Assembly: GCA_001179505.1 (NCBI GenBank)
Contig: CDMY01000698.1
Span: 124,001 to 188,000 of the forward strand
DNA length: 64,000 nt
From: Vitrella brassicaformis CCMP3155
Taxonomy: Eukaryota; Protista; Chromerida
Direction of reading: 5' to 3'
Shown here: positions 12,105 to 24,925 of the stretch, in pieces
How the letters are laid out: the number at the start of each line of letters is the position of its first letter
How positions within the stretch are numbered: the first letter of the stretch is position 1
Made by a program: the position numbers and the translations under genes
The notes under the pieces: model-generated
Databases searched by the model: none
Seen by the model: the letters and a program-made list of their open reading frames with translations, nothing else
Told to the model about the DNA's origin: nothing

Positions 12105-12674
12105 CGGCTGGACGGCGGCCAGCCTCTGTTTGTGGGCGTTTTGGCCAGTCTTCCCTTCAGCCACTTCGGCCGGTCATTCGGCTGTGCATGGAGCCATGGC
12201 CATGAGTGCATGGGCCTGTGCACGGATTTAGACCGTGTAGGATAGTTCTGCTTTAGGTCGCTTCTGGCGGATGAGGATTTTCTTGAAGGGCTTAAGTGGT
12301 CGGTGAAGTCGTATTTCTGCGTCGATTGGTATTTTTGTGTGTGCCGAAGGGCCGATGGACCTGCCTTGTCCTATCCCATCTGCACTCGTGCGTGGCCTCA
12401 TTTTGCGCGCGGAGACACTGACAGGTGCATGGTGCTTGCCGTCCTGTCTGCCTATCTGATGGCTGCCACGAGAGTGCGAGTGCGAGGCGCATGAATGGCA
12501 TTTTTCTCTGCGCGAAGAGACAAATCGATGGGATGAAAAAGTGTGTACAAGGAGTCACCATCCACGTGTTTATGTCGAGCACTCACCCACCCACCATACA
12601 CTCACACATTTGAACACGCATCAATCGATCCTGTCGCCTCTCCCACACCAGGCAGGCGGGCAGAGCGTCGCACG

Positions 12675-13706
12675 CTAGTCATCATTCCAGTTGTCGGGCC
12701 TCTCCCCCTCTCCACACAGCTCACATCGCGGCACGCTCCTCGAGTTGAAGAACGTGCACCTCTCACACGACCACATGCCAGCAGGCGCCCTCGGCCGCAG
12801 GTCCGCCAGCCGACAGCACCTCGCCTCCTCGCCATCGTCATCGATCACTATTACCTCGCCCTCCGGCTGTTGTTGCCGCTTCATCCGCTTCTTCTTCTTC
12901 TGCTGTGCGGCCTTCCATGATTGGTAGCACTCGATGGACCGGTAAACGGCGACGAGGGCGAGCAGGGCGCAGAGGAAGCAGGTGAGGCTCATCAGGATGG
13001 CACGCAGGAAGAAGGTGAGGTACTGAAGAAGGCGGTGGAAGGCACCCTGCAGTGCAAAGAATGGCGTCAGACGTAAGTTCTCTGTTTTGTGGCCGCCATC
13101 TCTTTGTGTCCGTCTGGTGCTGTTTACCGCGATGAAGCTGACAATCCCGAATCCTGCTGACAAGCAAGCCAGCCACCATCAATTTGTACACTGATTCGAT
13201 ACAGATGCATTGCCCCACTGAGTGTGATCATGGCTCACGACGAGTCAGCCGTGCGTCATATTTGCGCCGTTTCTCGTCGTCAGTGAGAGTATCAAAGGCC
13301 TCCCGCAGCTGCATGGAGCGGCGAAGGAGAGCGGAAGAGAGAATGCATATGGGAAGATGGGGAGCAGCGCTGTATGGTGCGAAGTATAGAGTACCTTCTT
13401 GAGGGCCCTCTCTGCCTTCGGTGCTCCGCCGTTCCCTTCTATTGATGGATGCACCTTAAACACCAGCTGCACTCACACAAAGAGCACACAACAAGCGGCA
13501 TAATGGTCGCCTGCAGCGTGTGTCAGAGAGCTTCTCCTCACCTTCCAGTAAGCCTTTTCTATCTTGCCGCGAGTGGAATCCCGGCCCACTCGCAGGGCGT
13601 CGTAGAAGTCCGTTGCAGCGAGGATGGTCGACACGATCTCGTCCGCTGGAGCATGACCCGCCAACACGGCAGTGCAAACCAGCGCCAACAGAAGCGGCCG
13701 AGCCAT
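12675..13706 (-). CDS. Signal peptide + J-like domain (HPS instead of HPD) + TM + NZF/RanBP2 zinc finger protein
   Basis: Exons encode MARPLLLALVC..DFYDALRV..IEKAYWK | LVFKVHPS..ALKK | LREAFDTLTDDEKRRKYD | hydrophobic segment | WSCERCTFFNSRSVPRCELC. Confidence 0.75.
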
Positions 13707-14250
13707 AAACCGGGAAATGGAGTGAATTTACGGCGTCCGTGAGTGCGCAGAGGGCGGGGGACCGCAAGTGTCAGGGTGTCTCATTGTTTGGCCAAAATCA
13801 TTCAATCACGCGTGTCTGAATGGTCCGTGTGTGAGAGAGAAAACTCTTGCTGACTGGTTAACACCGCATGCAATTGTGCCCCAGGGCCTTCACTGTGGAC
13901 AAGAAAACGCGCTCACGCGGAGGGCACCATCATGAAGCTCATGAAGCTCATCAACCCACCTGCCATATAGACCTTGGCGGACCAGCACTGGGTGCCGGTG
14001 CAGCAAGTGCCTGGCAGACGCACGAAATCCAATCCACTCACCATAGCGCTACAGACAGCCAGATCGAGCACGGCGCTCAGCATGCCACCCATTCACCCAC
14101 GTATACGTATGCACGCAATTGTGTTGTCTGCCCCCATGGCAGGCAGGGAAAACCTCAGTCATGCAACCCCAGCTGGCTCGACTTGCTTGAACAAACATAC
14201 AAACAACAACAAACAAAATGCATCGGGGATGCAACGCAAAGCTGGATCAG

Positions 14251-15278
14251 TCAGTGAGGGGTCTGCTTCTTGGGCTCGTTGACGGCCGCATTCCACGCCT
14301 TGACCTTCTCGTGGCCGTCAACCGTGGCGAAGACCTGCACACACACACACACAGACACACACACGTGTGTCTGAGTGTGTGGATTCAGGAGTAGGCATGT
14401 GGCGTGCGCCGGTACCTTGTTGAGCTTCGTGTGTTTGCCATGGTCGAACATGTCTTTGGGGATGCCGACGATGCCGTCCTTGAGCCAGCTCATGAGATTA
14501 TACAAAGACAAGTCTGCCTGCCGCACGCAAACACACAAACGCACCCGCAACATCCCAACTGTGTGTGTTCCTGTCTTCACACGTGCCTGCCCGACTTACG
14601 ATGGTCAGTTTGCTGCCCACGGCGTAGCCGCCGTCGCCCGCCAGCTTCTCCATATAGCCAAACCATTTGGGAAAAGTCACGTCGGCCAGCTCCTTTTTCA
14701 TCTGACATTGCAAACACAGGACACACAACGCACTGCTTGGTGGCCGTGCTTCGGTTTGCCGCCGACTGACCTCCATTTTCTTGGCTTCATCTTTCTCCAT
14801 GAGAGCGGGAATCATGGCGGTGACGATGTCCTCGATGCCCATCTGAAACTCCATCACCTTGGCCTCCTCCCAGGTGTCTGACGGGATCAGCCCGGCAAGT
14901 CTGCCCGCGTAGATGAGTTGTGCCACGCTCTGGGCGAGCGGCTTGCCGTCCACCTCGATGATGGGGAACTGTCCAAAGGGCAGCACCCCGTCAGCCTTCA
15001 TCTTGGCGAACTCTTCGCCCGTCACGCGAGTGTCCTCAAAGTCGATGCCCGCTGCACGCACAACACAGACACACATGCACACGGACCGATGAGACAGACA
15101 GACGAATTGACAGACGAAGAGATCTTGCTGCCGCATCACCGATTGTGAGCGCCAACCGAACGGGCTCTGCCCTGCCCTTGAAGGGGAAGTCTGCAACCAA
15201 AACAGACACACGATGGCGCATATGTTTGCACGTCGGGGCGCTGCGTGTGCTCCTCTTACAGATGATCTTGATGCCCAT
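14251..15278 (-). CDS. GST: Glutathione S-transferase, sigma-class-like
   Basis: Spliced YFPFKGRAEPVRLAL, LPFGQFPIIEVDGKPLAQS and GSKLTIADL motifs. Confidence 0.92.
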
Positions 15279-15544
15279 GATAAGGGATGAGAGATGTCGA
15301 TGTTTCGATGTTTTGATGCCGCTCGCTCTACGTGCAAATAAGCAAACAGGCTGCCCTCTCCTTCAGGTGGAAGAAAGATCTTGTTTGAAAGGAGGGCGGG
15401 TTACAGGGCAAGGGAAGAAACGCGAGCCGGACGGCCCTTTTCGGGCCTCGCTTGCCTCGCGTACAGAGGTGCGTTCGCAGACAAGTGCATCCACAGATCG
15501 ACGCCTTTCATCCGGTGTGCGTTTGTCTTGCGTGTGCTCTGTTG

Positions 15545-16319
15545 ATGCAGATTGCGCTGAGGCGGGTGGTTCGGCCTGCCTTGCAGGCGGGATGTGTGCT
15601 ATCCCTCGGAGATCTCATTGCCCAGGCGGTGGAGATCTCCACAGAGGGAGCCTCTGATGCGTCGGCGTCGTCTCGCCTGCTCGTGCCGGACAGCTATGAC
15701 GTGCATCGAACGGGGCGCTTTGCTCTTGTCGGGCTGACGTGCCACGGTATGCATGTGAGACCGAGATCAACCCACACAAGCACAAATATAGGCTGGTCTG
15801 GTCTGTCGTGTCGGTGTGTGGTTTGTCTGTGTGTGTGCAGGACCATGGTTCTACTTTGCTTTCGGCTTGCTCGACCGACTGATGGGCCCTGGGAGCACAC
15901 TCGCCACGGTGCTCGGCAAAGTGGTAGTCACCCAGATCGCCATCTTCCCGTAAGCACACATACACGAGATCACACTCGATGCAATCTCAAGTGTTTGTCC
16001 GCATGCTCTGTGTGCACGTGTGTGTTGTGCCCACAACAGGCCCTACCTTGCTGCTCTCTTCGCCTACCTCGGTGTGCTGGAGGGCTCCGTCCACTCGCTT
16101 GACGACGCCGTCCGAGTGATATCCACCAAGTGGCCTGGGGCCTATGCAGCTGGGTGCGTCTTCTGGCCTATCGCCAACATCGTCAACTTCAGCGTCGTGC
16201 CGTCACCTGGCCGAGTGCTGTATGTGGCCAGCACGGGCGTGTTGTGGAACACTTACCTGTCGTGGTACAACCAGCGAGCTAGGAGGAAGGAGAGAGAGGG
16301 GGAGAGAGGGAATGGCTGA
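15545..16319 (+). CDS. Mpv17/PMP22 family membrane protein (5' end uncertain)
   Basis: LGDLIAQ, YDVHRTGRF, CVFWPIANIVNFSVVP..RVLYV..LWNTYLSW. Confidence 0.88.
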
Positions 16320-17483
16320 GTGAGAGAGAAAGAGCGGCTTTCTACTTGCCCACGTGTGTGTTCGGGGCTGTGTTGATTTTGAGCGTGCCCGTGTCCGTGC
16401 GTTGAGCGAAAGCTCAAGTGTTTTCTGCGGGGGGGAAGGTCTGAGAGGCCGCTGTTTGGCAGAGATGCAGTCGCACCAGCCTTTGATGCGACGGCCGCCC
16501 ACCAGAAATGGCACCCCACACATACACACACACGTGTTGTGTGTGTGGCTGAAAGGGGCTGGCTGGCCTGTCGTCTGCAGTGAGTCAAATGCTCGAAACG
16601 CTGCCTGGCCCTCTTTGTCGGAGGGTCAGCAGCGAACTCAATTCAGACTAGTCCTGCACAACCCCCAACACAAAACAAACACGCGTAGGTATGGTAGCCG
16701 CTTTTCTTGCTACTCACTGCTGTTCGCTGCTCCTCCGTGTGAGAGGCTGGCTGGTTTTTCTGTGCCTGTTGCACGTCATGACATCGATGTGGCACAGTGA
16801 GAGTGCGTGCATACTGTATGTGGCGTGTGGGTCTCATCTTCTGACGGTCGAGATACTCCGGTGTGGCTTCATGTGGGAACATGGACCCATACGTGAGCAC
16901 CTTGACAGACATGGTGACTCGGAGACTAGGGATGAGACGAGTGTTGTGGGTGGGTGGGTGGGTCGTTGCGCATATATGTGCTGGCTTTCCGGTCGGACCT
17001 CTGCGTGCCTGTGTGGCCATCTTAATTCGCCTTGCTTGCAGTGGTCATGGTGGAATCGGATGGCTACGCTGGGTGCGAAGAGAGCTGGCTGGGGCTCAAA
17101 CAGATGCGGTGGGACTGGGTGTGTCTGTCGGACCAGTGGTGTACATTATCTCTTGCACAAAGGCTCGAATGAAGGCATCCTTGAGTGTCTCTATCCATTG
17201 GCTTCGTTGCTCTCACTGTCCCGAAATCAAACGCAACACACAGAGTTCAGTGGCGGGAAAGAAAAAGAAAAAGAAAAGACTCCATTGGAATGTCCGTATC
17301 TATCTGTCTGTCGGCTTCCTTGCTTGCTTTCGCTTCACTTCCCCTCACTCACTCGCCCCCTCGCAGCGCAGGTCAGTGCTGAACCACACACAAGTCGACA
17401 TAGTGAGGTGACTCCTCTACCCCTTTCTCACAGCGGCATCGTCCTTACTGCATTATCCAGGTTCTCTGTGGGTATGGGTGTCG

Positions 17484-18735
17484 TCATTTGGCGCCCTTGG
17501 CCTTCTTCACGATGGCCTCCAGCCAGTCGAGTGGCTTGCCTTCCTTGTCTTTGTTCTTGGCGTACTTCTGTGTCTTTGCAAAGGGCTCCAGATACGCACT
17601 CGGTGCGCCGGACGGCGTGTCGTACGCTGGCACAGCACTCAACAGAGAGACAGACTGCAGGGACTGAACGAGCCATTGCGTATGAGTGCCGTACCGCTGC
17701 TGCAGGGGCTCCAAGGGCTACCGATCACCTTGATTCCCTTATTCTGCACGTCCTCCGACAAAACACGGGCCTGGTGACATAGAAAAGGAGACATGGCGGG
17801 TATTGGTCCTCGTGTGTCACTCGAGCACTGTCTTCTATTAAGCTACCTGCTCTGCGATGGCTTCTGCATCGGCGGCCTCGTACTCCGTGCTACTGGCCTT
17901 GCTCATCGCCCTAGTTACGTGTCCCTCACGCGCCGGCGCCTCACTGGCCGCGACACCCCTCTTTTTGTGCGCATCGATGGGGGGTAGCTTCACGTCCCGC
18001 GCCCTGCAGACAGAAGACGGACAGAAGAGACAGCACTGGAGACAACTGCCGTCGGGTTCCTTTCTCGCCTGTCCGACAACAGTTTCTCCTTCTTCGTCTT
18101 GGCGAGCGTCCTCTGCAATTCGGTGACCAGGGTGTTGGAGAACCTGACGCATCAACGCATGGGACAGAGTGAGTGCATCGAGACGCGGAACGGAAGGGGG
18201 AGATGGAAATTCTCATGTACCTGTAGGTGGCGTCGAGAGGGCCCGTGTGGAGCGGGTCCTTCAACGTCATCTTCTGCGCACTGATGCAATACACACCAAA
18301 AAAGACAAAGACATTCCCAGTGTGGTCCTCCCTCCAGGCGGTTCGCTTACTCTCTAAGTTGTATGATAATGGCGTCCTTCTCCCGTATCTCGGCCTTCAG
18401 TCGCTCCATCTCCGTATCCTTTTCCTTGAGTTGTGTCTCGAACCGCTCCTGGATTTGGCGCTTGGAATTCTCAAAGGCATTACTCCAGACGTAGGCGGCC
18501 TGCTTCGCATCGCTGTAACGGTCGCTGCACCAACACGTTCAATGAGTCCAGAATGAGTCAATGTGTCAGTTGAATTCATTCAGAATTGGTCATTGCATGC
18601 TCGTCTCACTCACTCATTGAGTCGCTTTATTTCAGCCTCGAGCTCCTTGACTTTCTTGCAAAGGTCCTTGTTCCCAGTGTCACTGCCAGCCCGAGGGACT
18701 TTCTCAGAGCATGCTGCCGTGGCGCTGCCAGGCAT
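17484..18735 (-). CDS. Uncharacterised coiled-coil protein, ~6 exons, one GC-AG intron
   Basis: In-phase exons: KKVKELEAEIKRLN | DRYSDAKQ..LKEKDTEMERLKAEIREKD | AQKMTLKDP | FSNTLVTEL.. | ..WLEAIVKKAKGAK*. Confidence 0.65.
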
Positions 18736-18901
18736 GACTGAAATGAACAACGGAGAAAGGGGGCACGCGGCGGCCACGCAGACACTCTCCGCAGGGCCTA
18801 GCTGCCACTCACCAACAAACCGAAGGCCGATCGCCGCGATCCGGACTGGGGCTGGGGGGTCAAACCCCAGCTCGAAAAACAATTGAAGGAAAGCTGCGAC
18901 G

Positions 18902-19477
18902 ATGAGCACTGACAACAAGTATTCGAAGGTCATCATCAGAAACCAGGTGAGAAGAGACCTTTATACACACATGCAAGCCCCAATTCGCAAACCAATTCGC
19001 CTCATCCCCGCCTGCTGCTTTCTTCAGGAGATGCCAGAGCACATGAGGAAAGACGCAGAAGAACAGGCCGTCAAGGTGAAGAATGCGTGCATCATTGTCG
19101 CTTCTTGCTGCCTCTCATTTCTCATTGTGTTGTGAGTGTAGGCCTTTGAGTTGTACAGAACGGAGTCAGAGATATCAGACCACATCAAGAGTGAGCTGGC
19201 GGGGTGTTGCGGGCACAAAAGATCCATCTTGTGTGTTTCCCTGACAGAGTTTTTCGACAGCACCCACACACCCACCTGGAACTGTATTACCGGCAAGAAC
19301 TTCGGCGCTTTCGTGTAGGTGCAAAGAGAGGCAGCTTGCAGACGTGACGCTCCATGCACCACTGTCGCCTGTGGTATCGTCTTGCTTGTCCTTCTCTCAA
19401 CCAGGACCCATGAGACCAAGAGATACCTGTACTTTGGCATCGGCCATCTGAACATCCTTCTATGGAAGTGTGGGTGA
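18902..19477 (+). CDS. Dynein light chain type 1 (LC8/DNAL4-like)
   Basis: VIIRNQEMPEHM, ISDHIK, FD...PTWNCITGKNFGAFV, HETKRYLYFGIGHLNILLWKCG*. Confidence 0.9.
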
Positions 19478-20690
19478 CATCCGCTCGTCGTCTTGTAGCG
19501 TGGTCCAAGCTCCCTGGCGGACGGGTGGGCGCACGTGTGCGTGTGTGTGCATGGAGACACGATCGATCGCTTCAATTGCTTGATGTATGATATCCTGCCT
19601 CGCGTCAGTCGCGATGAATTGGGATCGTTGACAGCTGAGCAGCAGGTAGAAACACGCATGTCCGTCGATCTGTGTGAGGAAATGACCATAAATACGCATG
19701 CAGACATGCAGACATGTAGCGGCATTAAGTGAGTGAGTGAGCGAGTGTGTGTGTGTGTGTTGGCGAAACGAACGAGTGAGACCAATTCGGTGGGACACCC
19801 GCGGCTGTCTGCACGTGTATGCACTCGTGTGAAGCACGCAGGCAGGCAGGCAGGCCGCCAGCAAGTGGAGAGAGAACCTCGCTCTACATCTACAGGACGT
19901 GTACCGTACCATACGAGCTAACGTCACTTCACCTGCATGGACATCCGACTGGCCGAAGAAATCAGCAAAAAGCAACGGCAGATAGAGATTGATATGGCGG
20001 CTGGGTAGAGCGAGATAGACTCTGCATAGAGGAGAGAAGGGGTTCGTCCAAAAGGTCCGCCCCGATACGAAACGCATGCTGACAGACTGAACCGCTGGCA
20101 GAGGCCTGTCAGACAGACAGACAGACAGACAGTGGGTGGACCACCGATGCTTACAAAAGAGCCCTCCCTGGAGAGAGATAGAGAGAGAGAGATAGAGAGA
20201 GAGAGAGACGTGCGAGAATCCGAGATGCGAGAGTGTTCAAATCATTGCACAGACAGACAGATGCTGCTGTCTGTCTGAGGAGAGAGAGTGCGAGAGCGAC
20301 CGAGCGAGAGTGCACCTACAGGGGCGAGAGCACGATAAGCACGACATGGACGCTCCATACGGACGGCATGGAGGATCGAAGAAAACGGATGATATGATAT
20401 GACATGACATGATGTGATATGGTGGCTGTGGCTGTGTGCGTGTGTATGTGTGGCGAGTGAGTCTCTACATGTACTGGACCAGCCCACGAGGCACCAAACC
20501 AGGCATGTACGCACATTCATATGATGCGACCAAAGGGGATCTGCTGCACAGTATCTACACAGTCAGGCAGGGAGGCCTCCTTTCAGCCTCCATCCACATC
20601 CACACACCCGCCCCCCGCGCCCCCCAAAAAAACCCACACATATGCACATACACACGTGGCAGTGGCTGTCAGGAGCTAGCTGTCCATCAG

Positions 20691-23600
20691 TCAGTCGACC
20701 ACCTTAAAGATAACCTCCACCATATCATTCAGCGACGTCGTGGGGCTCTCCAGGATGGCCGTCACAGTGTAGTCGCCTGGAATTGCGCTCCACCGACGGA
20801 CAGAGTCGCCGTCGTTGACTAACGGGAGCTGCTTTCCGCCGAGTGTTCCAGGTGGGATGGGCGATGTCTCGTTCGGGCCGGTGAGAGACCCGGTGAGAGA
20901 CCATGTGATCAGAATGGGCTCGACCTCTGTTTCATTGGTGTGCAGGTCGAGCTTGGGCTCGATGATGTGTGCTTCGAGGGTGAAGTTGCTCAACTCGCTC
21001 AGTGACAGGACGGTGCCTGCGTGATCAGCAACACGAAGAGACGAGATGTGTATGTGGAAAGGGTGCTCACCGTTTTCTAGCTCTTGAATGGGCATGCGAT
21101 CCATGTCCACCACGTCAATGCCACCCAACTCGTACTCTGACGACAGACACGCAGGACAACACACGCACGTACAGGACCGCTCCGTCTGTCGATGTGAGGG
21201 CATCCCGCCCCCCACTCTCATGTCTCCTTCCCATCTTACCGATGATCGAGCAGTCCTTCAGCCCCGACACCACCCCCTCCCCCAGCCCCTCCACTTTGTC
21301 AGTCCCCATCCCCGGCTCCCGCTCCCTCGTGTGGATAACGTAGCACTTGGGCGGCACTGCGTTAGCGATGTCGCCTTGGACGTGAGTGAAGTAATGGCAG
21401 GAGCTTATCTCCTGACACGCTCCCTGGCAGTCCAGGGGTGTCTCTTTTGGTGCTGGATACAACACGAGGGCGTTTATGTCATACATGACGCCGGTCTCGA
21501 AGCACTCGCCGAGGCGTCTACGGCTGGCGGACGCATAGGTGGGCTTGACGTTGGCTGCCGAGGGGAGGTGGAGAAAACCCGGTGCTGCCTTGTCTGCTGC
21601 ACGCAGGGCTTGGATCGCCGCTGATGATGCAAAACACACAGAGAGATTTGGTGCGTCGGAGAGGCAGGAGAGCGAATCGCACCTTCTGCTGTTGATTGTG
21701 AGGAGATGGTGTATCCCTTGTCGTCTCCGTAGTCTTGCCCATACACACTCATGCCTTGCTTCGTCACCTCTGCAAACACGCACGCACACACACACCATCA
21801 TTGCTCCAGTATGCTGTGTGTGCCCGCCGCCGCACAGACTTGGCTGCGTATGATTGGCATCGGCGACCTCGTCTTGCCTGGCTGGCGGGCCACCAATCGT
21901 CACCACCTCATCTGACCGAGACAGCAGACACACCACACCACATCACATGACACGCTTACTAGCAGCACGCATCGCTTCGCACCGCACCTCCGTCTTCATA
22001 GTAGCCGTCGTCTCTCCTCAGGTTGCTGTTGCCGCTGCTGGTGCTGCTGGTGGTGCTGGTGTCAGGGCTCTTGAGTGTGACCCCCGCATACAGTGGCGTC
22101 AGCCCGAGACCTGACGCCGTCGCCTTCGCAGTCTTCGCCCGTCCCTCGTCTGGCGTCAGGACATCGGCACCACCAGCGGCAGCACCCACAACACGCTGAG
22201 CACCAGCAGTGGCCTCAGCGGCCCTCCGCCTCTCCCTCTTCTCTCTCCTCTCGGCCTCTTCCCTTCGCTTCCTCTCCTTGACTTGTGCGATCTTGGCCAT
22301 GATGATCTCCTCCTTATCCCTGGTGGTGACGTCCGTCTTGCTGCTCGTCTTGCCCAGGGCAGTGCTCTCAGGGCCGTAGGCCTCCTCCTCGTATGCACTC
22401 AGCACCGGGTCGTATGACGAGCCGCTGCCGCCCGCCTCGGTGCACGACACCGTCAGCTTGAAATAACCGCTCGAGTCTTTATATGCTCCAACGACCACGT
22501 ACATGGTGTCCGCGACTTCCATCATGATCTTGGACTGCAGGGTGCCGCCCACGTCGTCGACGCACATCTTGCCGGGCATTGGGACAGCGCCTTGGTCAGG
22601 CTGGCAGACGGACGTCATGCCCAGGAGCGAGTCCATCGCTTTGCTCTCCTCGTTCATGGTCGAGATGGTCACTTCCTTGATGCCGTCGACGCGCAGCTCG
22701 TAGATGACCTGGTGGATGTTGGGGCCGAACCTGCCACAGTTCTGGAGCCACCCCACCACACCGTTGCCCGTGTTGCCAACGTAAGACATGTCGCACGATA
22801 TGAACCCCGCAAACGCCTCAGACGGACACGCTGCACACCAGACACAACGAGAAAAGGCCAGTTCGCCGCCATGGTCATGCTCACCGTCAGTGCTCACTCA
22901 CCAGATGGCGACACCTGGTTCCTAGGGTCCACTGTGGATGACGGCATTGGTGTCGTGGTGCTCGTGGATGGAGGATTTGTGCTCGAGGAGCTCACGAGTG
23001 GAGACCCCGTCCCGGCCGCCCCACCGGGTGGGGGCGCCGTGGCAACGGCCATCATTGGAGGGATGGAGGCCGTGTTTCCAGCACCAGTGGGAGTGGCGGT
23101 GGTGGGAGGCAGGGTGGTGGTTGAGGACATGCCCTTGGTGGGTGTCGGCATGGGCGTGGTGGACGAGCCAGAACCACCATCGTCGCCATCGATACCCTGC
23201 GCGCCACACCAGACCAGGCAGAACAGGCACTGTTTGCAAACCGGCGGCTGGGTGGGGTGCGTGTATGGCATCTTCCTTCCGGTGTGTGTATGTATGCTGA
23301 CGGTGAATTGGACGTCGGTCTCGACGGCGTGCCATTCGCTCAATATGAGGTACAACTTAGTATACCTCTCCTCACCCTGTCAGTCAGACACACACAGCAC
23401 CGCAAGCGAACACACACACACAGAGGGAGAGGGAGAGAGAGAGGGAGAGAGAGAGGGAGAGAGGGAGAGAGAGAGAGAGAGAGAGACGGGAGAAACGAAG
23501 ATGCCAATCCATCCATCCATCCATCTTCCATCCGTGATATCGCCCGGCCCCATGCCTGCATACCGTGATAGAGGTGAGCCTGAGGTAGAGCGGCAAAGAG

Positions 23601-24734
23601 AAGCCGTCATTGGGAAATGGATGTCGGCCCACTATCTCGTCAGCGTCGCACAAGAAAACGGGCCACTCCTTCCAGGGGCAGTTGAGCCACGTGTCCGTCG
23701 GCTCGTAATATATCTCGAGCTTCCACACCGGCACTATGAAGTTCCGGTGCTGGAACTGCATTGCAACATCACACACGCAAAGCATTGAGATCGATCTGTG
23801 TGTGTGTGTGTGTGCGTGTGTGTGTCTGTGTGTGTGTGTCTTTGTCTTTACTTGAAGCTTGTAAGTGTTCTCTTCTCCCGCGAATGCGAGATGGATTGTG
23901 CTGCTCGTTGTGCAGTCCACAGCCTTCCAGCTCGCCTGCAAGCACGAAACACACAACACACACACACACACACAGAAGTGCACAGATGCTGAGGTCCTTC
24001 ACGCACTCGGTCACTCAGCCACTTACATGATAGAGCCCCTCGTGGTTGTCGTCCATAATGGCTATCTCGTGCGCATCGCAGTGCTTGCACCTGCACACAA
24101 ACAACACCGGACACACCAGCCACAAAGGCACCACACCACAGATATCTTCTGTCGTCTGACTGAGTGAGTGTGTGGATGGTGACTTACACGCCAATCACAT
24201 AGAGCTTGAACTTTTCCGTCAAGCTGGGGCCTGTGCCGCTTCCCTGGCCGTTGTGCTCGACCTGACCATTCGTCCACACACACACAGATAAGAAACCCAA
24301 CAACACACCTCTCTCTGTCTGTCTGTCTGTCTGTGTACCTCGATGCACATGCCGCATGTGCGTGCGTGGAGGTAGTGCATCTCGGGTAGCGCCACATAGC
24401 CGTCTATATCCTCGAATGCCGTGTCGGGCAGCTCCTCAAGAGGCAAATGGTGACACGAACCAGTATCGCCTAAACACACACACACACACACACACACATC
24501 TGTGAGTGAATCAACCACACCCACAACAACAACCACAACCACCACAAGCACAACACAATCAGGCAGGCGTGTGTCAATCAGCGCACCGCTGGTGAGTTTG
24601 TAGTAGCTGGCCATGCCCTCTTTATACGTGGCGTACAGTCCAACGACGTCTTCCTGGCTGACCTCGTCCAGCCCACTGACGAGCGGCAGAGCCACGTGGA
24701 CGGCCATCACACCCAGGAGGACTGCCGCCCTCAT
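20691..24734 (-). CDS. Secreted modular protein: expansin (DPBB + CBM63-like), Pro/Thr/Ser linker, PPC-like beta-sandwich, charged helix, PAN/apple domain, C-terminal beta-sandwich
   Basis: Signal MRAAVLLGVMA.., EGMASYY, GSC, YVAL, CGMCIE, WKAVDC, PVWKLEI, LRLTSITGE, TDVQF. PAN: CFETGVMYD..CQGACQEISSCHYFT..CY..SGLKDC. Junctions checked are in phase. Confidence 0.7.
23420..23490. repeat. GA/GGGAGA microsatellite, representative of the many intronic TG/CA/TCTG/GGAT tracts
   Basis: Direct reading of the sequence. Confidence 0.9.
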
Positions 24735-24925
24735 CGCTCGCCGCCGCTGCCTCGCTCTGATTTGATCTGCAGCTCTCCTGTGCAATGCCGGTTGCTGCTG
24801 TTGCCCGCGGAACGCCACGCAGTCTGCCGAGTCCTCCCTCACCCCTCCAGGGCACCGCAGTGCCGCCGTTGACCTGTGTTATAATTTCGTCCCCAGCGAT
24901 CCCCGCTCAGAAGGAGAGAGGAAAA

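Larger units (their letters stand above)
2616..12560 (+). repeat. Left arm of large diverged inverted segmental duplication
   Basis: Collinear reverse-complement match to ~54590-64000 across exons, introns and spacers, e.g. 7036-7767 vs 58769-59479 and 11400-12104 vs 55081-55760. Confidence 0.9.

Noticed and set aside
16643-17020. ORF MSVKVLTYGSMFPHEATPE..
   Set aside because: No consistent splice model or recognisable motif was found; it may be UTR sequence.
17600-17730. TSP1-like WSPCS motif
   Set aside because: The in-phase splice continues into a Lys-rich tail without the R-x-R and Cys pattern of TSP1.
18736-18936. Hydrophobic N-terminal extension (MMTFEYLLSVL..) of the coiled-coil gene
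   Set aside because: It is antisense to the DLC first exon and promoter; the Met at 18735 is more parsimonious.
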